Below are positions 42,072-50,880 of a stretch of 52,649 bases of DNA, one piece after another. Position numbers and translations under genes: made by a program. Numbering within the stretch: position 1 is the first letter of the stretch; each line of letters starts with the position of its first letter. The stretch is from NCBI GenBank assembly GCA_029557395.1, contig JAKQIK010000045.1:1-52649 (forward strand), read 5' to 3'. Source of the DNA: a bacterium. GTDB taxonomy: Bacteria; Patescibacteriota; Saccharimonadia; Saccharimonadales; JACDBH01. Under the pieces are notes generated by a model. It was given only the letters and a program-made list of their open reading frames with translations. It made no database searches and was not told the origin of the DNA.

Positions 42072-43748
42072 ATGAAACGATCTGCACTCTACGCCAGGGT
42101 TAGCACAGATAACCAAAAGGACGAACAAACCATTGAAACCCAACTTCACGAAATCCGTGAGGCTATCAAAGCAGACGGCTGCGTGCTTATTGAGGATTGT
42201 GTTTATAAAGATGAGGGTTGGTCTGGTGCATTTCTTGAACGCCCTGCCCTAGATCAACTACGACAAGATGCCAAGCTAAATAAGTTTGATATTGTTTACG
42301 TTTTTGACCGCGGTCGACTTTCCAGGAAGTTTGTATATCAAGAAATTGTCATAGAGGAGCTAGGACACTCAGGAGTTGAGTTCAAAAGCCTTCACGATGT
42401 AAATGGCACGACCCCTGAAGAGCAGCTTATGGGTAGTGTTATGGGTGTCTTCCACGAATATGAGCGAGTTAAAATTGCTGAACGGTTTCGACTTGGTAAG
42501 TTGAATAAGGTACGTGGTGGAAACCTTCTTGGCTACAATCCGCCTTACGGATATAACTATATCCCTGTTAAAGGCAAGGGCGTAAACAAACAAAACGGCT
42601 ATTTTGAGATTAACGAACAAGAAGCAAAAGTAGTTCGAATGATGTTTGAATGGGTAGGCATAGAGGGCATATCGCTGCGTGAAGTTATACGACGCTTATA
42701 TGAGTTAGAAATTCCACCAAAGAAGGGTAAACGAGCATCTTGGACCAAAGGACCGGTGAGCAGACTGCTAACTAATGAAACTTATGTTGGTCGACATTAT
42801 TACTACAAATTAGAAGCAGTGCTTCCTCAAAACCCCCAAGCAAAATCAACCCAGAAATATAAACACCGGCACACCAACAAAACCAGCCGTAATGTTAGAG
42901 ATAAAGAAGAATGGCTTATGGTAAAAGTGCCTGTAATAGTTGACGAGGCATTATTTGATAAAGTCCAAAAACAAATTAAGTTGAATGCAAAATTTGCTCA
43001 ACGTAACAAGCGACACAAATACCTCTTTGGCGGGCTTGTATGGTGTCCTTGTGGTGCTAAGCGTGTTGGCGATGGTCCTGATGGCAAGAAGTACTATCGC
43101 TGCACTGACAGGCTTCACAACTTCCCCTTGCCTACTGTTTGTAAAGAAGCTGGGGTTAATGTAACCGTACTTGATGCCACAGGTTGGGAGAAAATTTGTG
43201 ATCTCTTAACTAATCCCGATCTTATTAAGCAACAAGTTCAGCGATACGCTGACAAGAAAATTGATAAGGCTAAAGAGAATGCTAGCAGTAACGACGTTAA
43301 GCAAAATCTCAAAATGCTAGAAGAGGAAGAGCGCCGATACGCAAAAATGTACGGACAAACGCTAATGAGCGAGGAGGTTTATCAAGAACAGATAAAAAGT
43401 GTCCGTAAACGTCGTGAGGAGCTGTTAAAGCTACAATCAGAGCCTGTTGAGAATCAATTAAGCCAACTCCAGAATATGGACCTAGATCACCTAGCAAAAG
43501 GCTTCAACGAGTTTATGGCTAAACTTCCCTTTGAGGGTAAGCTTTTTACTGTTCGTAAGATAGTTGATAAAGTGATAGCAACAAAAGAAGAAGTTACCAT
43601 ATCGGGCTTTATACCTACTATGGAGAGTATCACTTCGGGAAAGGAAAGATTTCGTGCTGAAGATAGCGATTATTGGAACTCTAACATACCTAATGAAGGT
43701 GGAAAGGTAGGATTGCGTGCTATCAATCGGTATTGTTGGTCTACCTAA
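42072..43748 (+). CDS. large serine recombinase (SR3), the likely island integrase
   Basis: MKRSALYARVSTDNQ catalytic domain, recombinase domain, zinc-ribbon (CPCG...CTD...C), coiled coil. Its last 8 codons span the attR core and its stop codon lies in host ychF DNA. Confidence 0.88.
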   Translation: MKRSALYARVSTDNQKDEQTIETQLHEIREAIKADGCVLIEDCVYKDEGWSGAFLERPALDQLRQDAKLNKFDIVYVFDRGRLSRKFVYQEIVIEELGHSGVEFKSLHDVNGTTPEEQLMGSVMGVFHEYERVKIAERFRLGKLNKVRGGNLLGYNPPYGYNYIPVKGKGVNKQNGYFEINEQEAKVVRMMFEWVGIEGISLREVIRRLYELEIPPKKGKRASWTKGPVSRLLTNETYVGRHYYYKLEAVLPQNPQAKSTQKYKHRHTNKTSRNVRDKEEWLMVKVPVIVDEALFDKVQKQIKLNAKFAQRNKRHKYLFGGLVWCPCGAKRVGDGPDGKKYYRCTDRLHNFPLPTVCKEAGVNVTVLDATGWEKICDLLTNPDLIKQQVQRYADKKIDKAKENASSNDVKQNLKMLEEEERRYAKMYGQTLMSEEVYQEQIKSVRKRREELLKLQSEPVENQLSQLQNMDLDHLAKGFNEFMAKLPFEGKLFTVRKIVDKVIATKEEVTISGFIPTMESITSGKERFRAEDSDYWNSNIPNEGGKVGLRAINRYCWST

Positions 43749-44814
43749 TGTAGGTAAATCTACTTTGTTTAACTCCCTGACGAATAGTAATATCTTGGCA
43801 GCAAATTATCCTTTTGCGACTATCGAACCAAACACTGGTATCGTACCCATACCCGACCAACGCCTAGATAAGCTTGCCGAACTATATAGTAGCAAGAAAA
43901 TCGTACCCGCCACTGTTACATTTGTCGATATCGCCGGGCTAGTAGCCGGAGCCAGCAAAGGTGAAGGACTAGGAAACCAGTTTTTGGCGAATATCAGAAC
44001 TTGCAGTGCAATTGCTCATGTTGTTCGTGCTTTTGATGACAGCAATGTACAGCATGTCGACGAAAAATTTAGTCCTAGCAAGGATATCGAGGTCATAAAT
44101 ACCGAACTAATACTGGCCGATCTTCAAACAGTTGAAAAAAAACTCCCCAAGCTACAAAAAGAGTCAAAAGCTAACCCAAAAATTAGACCCCTACTAGAAA
44201 CCCTGGAGCAAATAAAATCTGTACTCGATAGCGGTACGCCTCTCGCAAACTCTGATTTAATCAGCCAAATCAAAGAAGATGAAACTAAGTCTGAACTACT
44301 TAGAGATTTACAATTATTAACCGCAAAGCCTGTGATTTATGTATTTAATGTAGATGAATCTGGACTAACTGACTCAACCAAGCAACAAATGTTAACAGAA
44401 TCGGTACTGCCACAAAAGTCAGTATTTATTTGTGCGAAGCTCGAGAGCGAGCTCCGTACGCTGGACGAAAAAGACCGAACTGAACTACTAGACAGTTATG
44501 GCCAGAAAGAACCCGGGCTAGATAAGCTAATCCACGAGGCCTACAGCACGCTTGGCCTACAGAGCTACATGACAGCCGGCCAACAAGAAGTCAGGGCCTG
44601 GACAATCAAACAAGGTTCCACCGCTCCACAGGCGGCTGGTGTTATTCACGGCGATTTTGAGCGTGGCTTTATTGCAGCGCAGGTTATTGATTATCATGAT
44701 CTAATAGATGCTGGCTCTGAACAAATCGCCAAACAACAAGGCAAGATTCGTACTGAGGGCAAAAGTTACATCATGAAACCAAACGATGTAGTCGAATTTA
44801 GATTCAATGTCTAA
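43717..44814 (+). CDS. ychF: ribosome-binding ATPase YchF (N-terminus rebuilt by the island junction)
   Basis: GTG start then LSIGIVGLPNVGKST (G1 motif), and C-terminal VRAWTI...APQAAGVIHGDFERGFI, typical of YchF/OLA1. The first 32 nt overlap the SR3 3' end. Confidence 0.9.
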   Translation: MLSIGIVGLPNVGKSTLFNSLTNSNILAANYPFATIEPNTGIVPIPDQRLDKLAELYSSKKIVPATVTFVDIAGLVAGASKGEGLGNQFLANIRTCSAIAHVVRAFDDSNVQHVDEKFSPSKDIEVINTELILADLQTVEKKLPKLQKESKANPKIRPLLETLEQIKSVLDSGTPLANSDLISQIKEDETKSELLRDLQLLTAKPVIYVFNVDESGLTDSTKQQMLTESVLPQKSVFICAKLESELRTLDEKDRTELLDSYGQKEPGLDKLIHEAYSTLGLQSYMTAGQQEVRAWTIKQGSTAPQAAGVIHGDFERGFIAAQVIDYHDLIDAGSEQIAKQQGKIRTEGKSYIMKPNDVVEFRFNV

Positions 44815-44876
44815 TCTATCTACTGAATACGATTGCTTTGTCTTAGTATATACTTTGAATTATAATTGTTAATCAA

Positions 44877-45497
44877 ATGGAACAAGAAAACCAAGACCTC
44901 AAAAAAATATTTCAGGCAATCTTGCCAACCAAGGCAGAAATTATTGTCTTAATCATTTTTAGTTTGGGCTTTTTGTTACTTGTCACTGGTCTTGACTATT
45001 TTAAGGCAGTAGACAGTAGTGGGTTTGAGACAGCGGCCCACAATATAGAAATAACTGTCAGAATTGGACTAACGTACCTAGATAGGTATATCGGCGTAGG
45101 TCCTTTAACATTAGTTTTTTGGATGTTAGTAGGCACGATAGTATATTCGATTATTTGGGTGATTGCTTCGACCTACAGCACATACAAAGATGATGTGCCC
45201 ACCACCAAAGGGTTCATAATGCCCCGAGGTTACAAAAAATCACAAGCCATACACGAAGCTATCGCAAAAATATCTATGCGTACAGCTTCTGTCATAATGC
45301 TAATTTTTTGGCTTTACATCCTATTGACCAAAACTGTCCCTTATACCATAGAGCTCTTTACTAGTGTCAGTCTCGACAACATACCAATCACAATACTTCA
45401 CACTGCAACATCAGTAATATTACTAGCATCTTCGATATTTGTAGTTTTTATCCTATCTCGATTCTCACTGCTGAGGCCTAGAATTTTTTACAAATAG
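44877..45497 (+). CDS. integral membrane protein, unknown function
   Basis: 206 aa with about 4 TM segments. Confidence 0.55.
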   Translation: MEQENQDLKKIFQAILPTKAEIIVLIIFSLGFLLLVTGLDYFKAVDSSGFETAAHNIEITVRIGLTYLDRYIGVGPLTLVFWMLVGTIVYSIIWVIASTYSTYKDDVPTTKGFIMPRGYKKSQAIHEAIAKISMRTASVIMLIFWLYILLTKTVPYTIELFTSVSLDNIPITILHTATSVILLASSIFVVFILSRFSLLRPRIFYK

Positions 45498-45499
45498 TT

Positions 45500-46036
45500 T
45501 TAGTTACCATAAAATCTCGGGAGTCTACGGCGCATAGCAAATGGGGTTTTTATGTGTTCATTGGTAATCCTATGTTCTATTTCACTGACGTTAGACTCAC
45601 TACCGCCTGCCTGAGGTTTAGCTATTTGTTGCGCTAAGATACTTTGTCGCCGAAATTCCAAAATTCTCCTCTGAATATAAGCTGTCGCCTGTCTAAGCTG
45701 GACGGTACTTAAACATGTAAACCTCATTTTTTTGGAAATCGTATGTATCTTGACCGATGAATCGAACAGTCTGGCATCAAAATCTATTTCGGATATCATG
45801 TCATAATTGATATCCTCAAGAGTTAAATAGAGTGGCTTCTTGTCAATGAGTAGCACCCTATGATCGGTCACGCACAACAAAGCAAAGCCATTTTCATAAT
45901 GACCATTTACACAGTACATAATCGTCTCGCCAGGCTCAATAACCTGTTCGAGCTCTTTTATCTCCGCTCTCCCCCACCAACCAAGCCTAAACCCAATAGC
46001 CTTTAGCTGGCGCTCTACCTCATGATTAGTTATCAT
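45500..46036 (-). CDS. hypothetical protein, bacterial PH-like domain suspected
   Basis: Strong AAGGAGG before ATG 46034-46036. The segment GETIMYCVNGHYENGFALLCVTDHRVLLIDKKP resembles YokE-like PH domains. Confidence 0.5.
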   Translation of the reverse strand: MITNHEVERQLKAIGFRLGWWGRAEIKELEQVIEPGETIMYCVNGHYENGFALLCVTDHRVLLIDKKPLYLTLEDINYDMISEIDFDARLFDSSVKIHTISKKMRFTCLSTVQLRQATAYIQRRILEFRRQSILAQQIAKPQAGGSESNVSEIEHRITNEHIKTPFAMRRRLPRFYGN

Positions 46037-46188
46037 GGCTCTCCCCTCCTTCACACCCCTTAGTGTACCTATCACTTTACTCTTAGGCGCACCTGTTTGC
46101 AGTGTCTTTTATCACCTCAACTTTGTGATATATATCAATGATTAATAAAAATATTTGAAATTTTCTAAATTTACGTCATAATATATCC

Positions 46189-46833
46189 ATGTTGGACTCA
46201 AGCAAAACACACAGTCTTTTGATAGAGCTTTTTGACTCAGGCACTCACTTGACGTACAAAAAAGGCGAGTTTATTTTGCGCCCAGGAGAATCACCTTCTG
46301 GGGTTTTTTATATCAAAACCGGCTTTGTCAAAGCCTATGACATCACAAAATATGGCGAAGAAAACTTATTAATTATTAGAAAAGAAAAAGAAATCTTCCC
46401 ACTAATTTGGGCCATTACTGGTCAAGAGCGTAGCATCATATACCAAGCACTTAGTGACGTATCTGTTCTACGGATAGACCGGAAATCATTGATTCAGCTC
46501 ATCAAAGATAAACCCAGTGTGCTCGAACCGCTACTGACTATGACAGTCGAGATGTACAGAATTCACAGTGAACGGATAATCAACCTAGAATATCGCACTG
46601 TCAAAGAAAGACTCATATCCTTTTTGCTGACGATGAGCCAGCGTTTTGGTCAAAAAAAGCTCAACACAGCAATAATCAACGTACCTCTCAGACACCAAGA
46701 CATAGCGAGCTCCATCAATGCGTCCAGGGAAACTACCTCCAGAGAATTATCAGCACTGGAAAAAAATGGTCTGATTTGCACCGATGGCCTGGTCAAGCTA
46801 AATGATGTAAAAAAACTTAAATCTTTTCTCTGA
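46189..46833 (+). CDS. Crp/Fnr-family transcriptional regulator
   Basis: cNMP-binding-like beta-barrel in the N-terminal half and a C-terminal HTH (SRETTSRELSALEKNGLI). Confidence 0.8.
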   Translation: MLDSSKTHSLLIELFDSGTHLTYKKGEFILRPGESPSGVFYIKTGFVKAYDITKYGEENLLIIRKEKEIFPLIWAITGQERSIIYQALSDVSVLRIDRKSLIQLIKDKPSVLEPLLTMTVEMYRIHSERIINLEYRTVKERLISFLLTMSQRFGQKKLNTAIINVPLRHQDIASSINASRETTSRELSALEKNGLICTDGLVKLNDVKKLKSFL

Positions 46834-46839
46834 TAGATC

Positions 46840-47562
46840 TTAGCTCAACTTTTTTAACAAATAAAACCTCTCTGTATTTCCCTTTGCCCCACTAACCTGA
46901 CTATCTGATTTCTTGATTATCACAAAAAAATCTTTGAGCCAACGTTCAAAATCTTTGAGGATATCTCGTCGTATTTTGTCGTTTTTTATCACACCTTTGT
47001 GCCTTGACGAGCTACCAGACTCAAACTGTGGCTTACACATTGCCACAATTTGTGTATGTTTGTTGGATATTTTCTCTACATGAGGCAGGATCTCTCTCAG
47101 AGAAATAAAACTAACATCCATTACGACAATATCTGGAATAACTGAAGGTGCGAAATTACGAATATCAGTCTGCTCATGAAGCTCTATACTAGGATTACCC
47201 CGTAGGGTTGGATGTAACTGTTCGGTACCAACATCCACGGCTATTACCTTTTTTGCCCCATGCCTAAGTGCATACTCGGTAAATCCACCGGTACTACTAC
47301 CTACATCCAGCACTACCTTGTCTGAAAAATCCAAGCCCAGGCTTTGTGCCACGCTCGATAGCTTTAGTCCGGCACGGCTAACATACTGCTCTGTTGCTAA
47401 CAACTTTATCTCGTCATCACTAGACACAACCGTACCAGATTTATTGATTATTTTGCCGTTGACTTGTACCTGAGATAATTTGATAAAACTCTCGGCCTGA
47501 CTACGGCTAGCTACTAGCCCCTTTGCTACCATAATCTTATCTAACCGATTTTTCTCTGACAT
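46840..47562 (-). CDS. tlyA: TlyA-family rRNA 2'-O-methyltransferase
   Basis: N-terminal S4 RNA-binding domain (RLDKIMVAKGLVASRSQAESFIK) and FtsJ-like SAM motif DVGSSTGGF. Confidence 0.85.
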   Translation of the reverse strand: MSEKNRLDKIMVAKGLVASRSQAESFIKLSQVQVNGKIINKSGTVVSSDDEIKLLATEQYVSRAGLKLSSVAQSLGLDFSDKVVLDVGSSTGGFTEYALRHGAKKVIAVDVGTEQLHPTLRGNPSIELHEQTDIRNFAPSVIPDIVVMDVSFISLREILPHVEKISNKHTQIVAMCKPQFESGSSSRHKGVIKNDKIRRDILKDFERWLKDFFVIIKKSDSQVSGAKGNTERFYLLKKLS

Positions 47563-47571
47563 ATTAATCTA

Positions 47572-48012
47572 TCAAGCTGATCTAGTTATCTTGATAGCTT
47601 TACGCCTAATATATGTTCTCATCAACACCAAAACAACTGCCGACCAAAAAAGTATATTAGCGAAGAAAGCACCTATCTCATAATGAGTGGATGAGACAGT
47701 CTTGATAGCACGGCCATTTTCACATATCGGCACTCGGCTAGTCTGAACATAAGACAGAGGAAAACCTCGTTCATCAACTGATATCCTTGGCGTACTACTC
47801 GTAAATGCCTCGCCAACACAAGTATCAAAATATCTATTAATATTATCGTTTATCTGTATACCACTATTGGTGCTGAGATTAAATCCAATTATCACCAGAG
47901 ACACAAAGGTCAAACACACGCCAATTACAAATGCTTTGACCAACCTAATCCTCAGGAGTCTGTCAGTCAGTGATTGCTTGTCATCACCATCAATTATTTT
48001 GTCTTTTGCCAT
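47572..48012 (-). CDS. membrane protein, unknown function
   Basis: The ATG at 48010-48012 is preferred over the GTG at 48081, which would overlap efp by 32 nt. Two TM segments. Confidence 0.45.
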   Translation of the reverse strand: MAKDKIIDGDDKQSLTDRLLRIRLVKAFVIGVCLTFVSLVIIGFNLSTNSGIQINDNINRYFDTCVGEAFTSSTPRISVDERGFPLSYVQTSRVPICENGRAIKTVSSTHYEIGAFFANILFWSAVVLVLMRTYIRRKAIKITRSA

Positions 48013-48049
48013 ACCAAATATTGTACTCTCTTTGTTAGTTTTGTTAGAA

Positions 48050-48616
48050 TTAATCCTTTTTTCGCTCTCTATACGCGCCACTAGAAGTATCGACAGAAAT
48101 AATATCCCCTTGCTTAATAAAGGCTGGTACTTTTACTACTACACCCGTTTCGAGTGTTGCGTCTTTGAGTACCGAACTAGTTGTATCACCCTTGACGACA
48201 TCTTCGGCATAAGTAACCTCAAGATATACGTTTTTTGGTAACTCAACATTTATCACCCTGCCGTCAAACAGTTGTGCCTGAACATTATCTCCTTCTTTCA
48301 AGTAGCCAGACTGATCACCAATGATATCTCTGGCTATCTCAAACTGCTCAAAAGTATCGTTATTCATAAAGTAAAAAATTTCGCCATCATTATATAGATA
48401 TTGGACTGTTTGATTAGATACGTCAGCTGGTTCAATTGACTCATTACCCTTGAAAGTTTTAGACAAAACTTTACCATCTATCAAACTCTTAATTTTGACG
48501 TTGACGATAGAACCGCCCCGTCCCATTACCTTTTGCGAATATTCGACTACCCTAAATGGTTCGCCATCAAGCTGGAAAATCTGTCCTTTTTTGAGATCCG
48601 TTATTCCAAATGCCAT
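48050..48616 (-). CDS. efp: translation elongation factor P
   Basis: 188 aa. MAFGITDLKKGQIFQLDGEPFRVVEY... with three OB/KOW-like domains. Confidence 0.92.
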   Translation of the reverse strand: MAFGITDLKKGQIFQLDGEPFRVVEYSQKVMGRGGSIVNVKIKSLIDGKVLSKTFKGNESIEPADVSNQTVQYLYNDGEIFYFMNNDTFEQFEIARDIIGDQSGYLKEGDNVQAQLFDGRVINVELPKNVYLEVTYAEDVVKGDTTSSVLKDATLETGVVVKVPAFIKQGDIISVDTSSGAYRERKKD

Positions 48617-48618
48617 AG

Positions 48619-48936
48619 TTAAGTAACTTTCTCCTTTTCTATAGATGCCCAGATGTCGTCAACATACTTATAATAATCAGCTGCTTCATTTTGACCAATC
48701 AAGCCCGTCAAATTGGCTGTATCGATAGCCTTAGAGACATCATCGTAAGCACGCATAATATCATCATAACTGGCTTCTTCCTTGAGTAAATCAATTAATG
48801 CTACGATACATTTCTTGAGATCAGCCAGTACTGACTGATTAGATGTATTGCCAAATACGGCCGCAACATCGTTTAGATTAATATTGCCGACCTTACTAAA
48901 CAATTCGCTGGTTTTTGAGATAGATTCTTTATACAT
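48619..48936 (-). CDS. small helical hypothetical protein
   Basis: 105-aa ORF placed between efp and the next ORF with 2-4 nt spacing. Confidence 0.45.
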   Translation of the reverse strand: MYKESISKTSELFSKVGNINLNDVAAVFGNTSNQSVLADLKKCIVALIDLLKEEASYDDIMRAYDDVSKAIDTANLTGLIGQNEAADYYKYVDDIWASIEKEKVT

Positions 48937-48940
48937 ACTT

Positions 48941-49273
48941 CTATTCTAACCGTTCTTTGATAATTTCGGTAATCGCACTAAGATGAGCCACATCAACAAC
49001 ATCGACCAAATCATACTGACTAGCTATCAAAATCAGCTCATTGAGGCTCTTGACCTGCTTGATACCGGCCGACAAATACTTAGCTTTGTCAGCCGTATCA
49101 TCGCTCGTACTATATTTAATTATATTAATTCTCAGCGATTCAGTCGCCTCACGCAAATCAAGCATTGCTTCACGCTCTTTTTTGTTCATAGTATTGAGGT
49201 TTTTTGCCATTGGCAAATTCATCACATACCGTTCTAGCTTACGAACTTCATTGTTCAGAGAAAAACTAGCCAT
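48941..49273 (-). CDS. small helical hypothetical protein
   Basis: 110-aa ORF in the same operon-like string downstream of rpsR. Confidence 0.45.
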   Translation of the reverse strand: MASFSLNNEVRKLERYVMNLPMAKNLNTMNKKEREAMLDLREATESLRINIIKYSTSDDTADKAKYLSAGIKQVKSLNELILIASQYDLVDVVDVAHLSAITEIIKERLE

Positions 49274-49279
49274 CTATTA

Positions 49280-49483
49280 CTAACTATTAGCAACAAATGG
49301 CAGTAAAGCAAGGTGTCTAGCACGCTTGATAGCAGCCGACAATTGCCTCTGTTGGCTCTCAGTTAGGCCAGTTTTTTTACGGGTCTCAATCTGACCAAAC
49401 TGGTTTACGTATCGTTGCAATGTTTTGAAATCTTTGTGATCAAAATATGCTACGTCTGTTCTGTGTTTAAAAATCTTTGCCAT
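49280..49483 (-). CDS. rpsR: 30S ribosomal protein S18
   Basis: 67 aa. YVNQFGQIETRKKTGLTESQQRQLSAAIKRARHLALLPF. Confidence 0.92.
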   Translation of the reverse strand: MAKIFKHRTDVAYFDHKDFKTLQRYVNQFGQIETRKKTGLTESQQRQLSAAIKRARHLALLPFVANS

Positions 49484-49752
49484 AGTAAATTTCCTCCGGA
49501 AAAATATTTAATATTTAAAATTTAATAGTTGATATCTGTAGTAAATTAACCTAAGCTCAAAAAAACTCGCTTATCTATAGATTCTATATATTTACTTTTA
49601 TTGAGATTATCCAAGTGCCTGTCGACAAGTTTTAGGTAATTTTGGCTAGTGCAGTCTGGAGTGTAGGTCGAGCACAAAATCCGAGCTGTATTTAATATAC
49701 AGTGAAGATTTTTGGCGCAAAACCTACACCCAGAATGTGCAACCAAAATTGG

Positions 49753-50223
49753 TTAAAATGGGATGTCGTCGAGGTTGATTGGCTCATCACCAATGTCTTC
49801 TATCACTACGTCATCCTTTTTCTTGGATGATGCAGAAGATGGAGATTCACCGCCAGAATAGCCTTGTCCACCACCCTGGCTATCACCCTCACTACGTCCG
49901 CCGAGGAATGTCACATCCTGTGCGACTACTTCGACCTTGCTTCGTTTTTGACCATCCTGCTCCCAGCTACGAGATTGCAAGCGACCATTTACTAGACATG
50001 GGCGACCTTTGCTAAGATACTGTGATACTCGTTCACCCAATGGGCCCCAGGCAACTATATCAATATAGTCCGTTGCCTCTTGCCAGTTACCGTCTTGTCC
50101 CTTAAAGCTACGATTAAGTGCCAAGCTAAAGCTACAGACACTTTGCCCACTTGGAATAGTTCTAAGCTCTGGATCCCTGGTTAGGTTTCCCATTAAAATC
50201 ACTTGGTTGAAACTACGTGCCAT
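49753..50223 (-). CDS. ssb: single-stranded DNA-binding protein
   Basis: OB-fold N-terminus (NQVILMGNLTRDPELR), Gly/Ser-rich linker, acidic tip DDIPF. Confidence 0.92.
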   Translation of the reverse strand: MARSFNQVILMGNLTRDPELRTIPSGQSVCSFSLALNRSFKGQDGNWQEATDYIDIVAWGPLGERVSQYLSKGRPCLVNGRLQSRSWEQDGQKRSKVEVVAQDVTFLGGRSEGDSQGGGQGYSGGESPSSASSKKKDDVVIEDIGDEPINLDDIPF

Positions 50224-50308
50224 ATGGCATCCTCCTTCTTATAGAAACTATGTTCTAATGATTATATTTGTATTCTTAAGTTACGCCTGCTTACACCAGC
50301 AGTCAAGT

Positions 50309-50698
50309 TTATTCTTCAGATTCAGTTTCGCTGTCGTCAGAATCATGTGATTCACTGCGAGCAGCGGCTTTTTCGGCTTTTTCAGCTTTTAGTGCTTCAG
50401 CCTTGGCTATCTTCTTTAGGTCTGGCTTGGTAATCAAAAAACGCACTACCTCATCTGTAATGTTCAGTGTATCGTTAATTTTTTGTACGGCCACACCTGG
50501 CAATTCAACAGTATAAAATACGTAAATCGCAAAGTCCTGCCCCTTGATAGGATAAGCCAGCTTTCGCTTGCCCCAATTATCGGTATTAGTAATTTTACCG
50601 CCATTATCAGCGATAATTTTTTCTACTTTTGCTGTTGCCTTTTCAAGGTCGATCTCTAGACCCTGATCATAAAGTACAGCAACTTCGTACTCTGCCAT
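50309..50698 (-). CDS. rpsF: 30S ribosomal protein S6
   Basis: MAEYEVAVLYD..., WGKRKLAYPI, acidic C-terminal tail. Confidence 0.9.
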   Translation of the reverse strand: MAEYEVAVLYDQGLEIDLEKATAKVEKIIADNGGKITNTDNWGKRKLAYPIKGQDFAIYVFYTVELPGVAVQKINDTLNITDEVVRFLITKPDLKKIAKAEALKAEKAEKAAARSESHDSDDSETESEE

Positions 50699-50880
50699 AT
50701 TTCTCCTTTGGCTTTAACCAAAAAATCAGCTATAAAACCTGCTAATTCTTCTGGTATCTTGGTTGCATACCTTAGAGTTGCAACCCAGAATTAGTTAATA
50801 ACAGATACGATTATACACCTTGGTAGCAAAATTTACAAGCTTCACTAGCAACAAAACACCCTAAGCTTAGAGGTAGCCAT

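Larger units (their letters stand above)
25585..43739. mobile_element. ~18.1 kb integrative island (serine-integrase type) inserted in the 5' end of ychF
   Basis: 15-bp direct repeat AATCGGTATTGTTGG at 25585-25599 and 43725-43739, in the same ychF reading frame at both ends. An integrase and an excisionase-like gene sit at the right end. Content is accessory, mobile-type and of mixed GC. Confidence 0.75.

Noticed and set aside
49546-49746. 66-aa Cys-rich minus-strand ORF between ssb and rpsR
   Set aside because: TTG start directly after the ssb stop, no Shine-Dalgarno, and the region folds into a long stem-loop. Not annotated as a CDS, but flagged in the findings as an alternative explanation.
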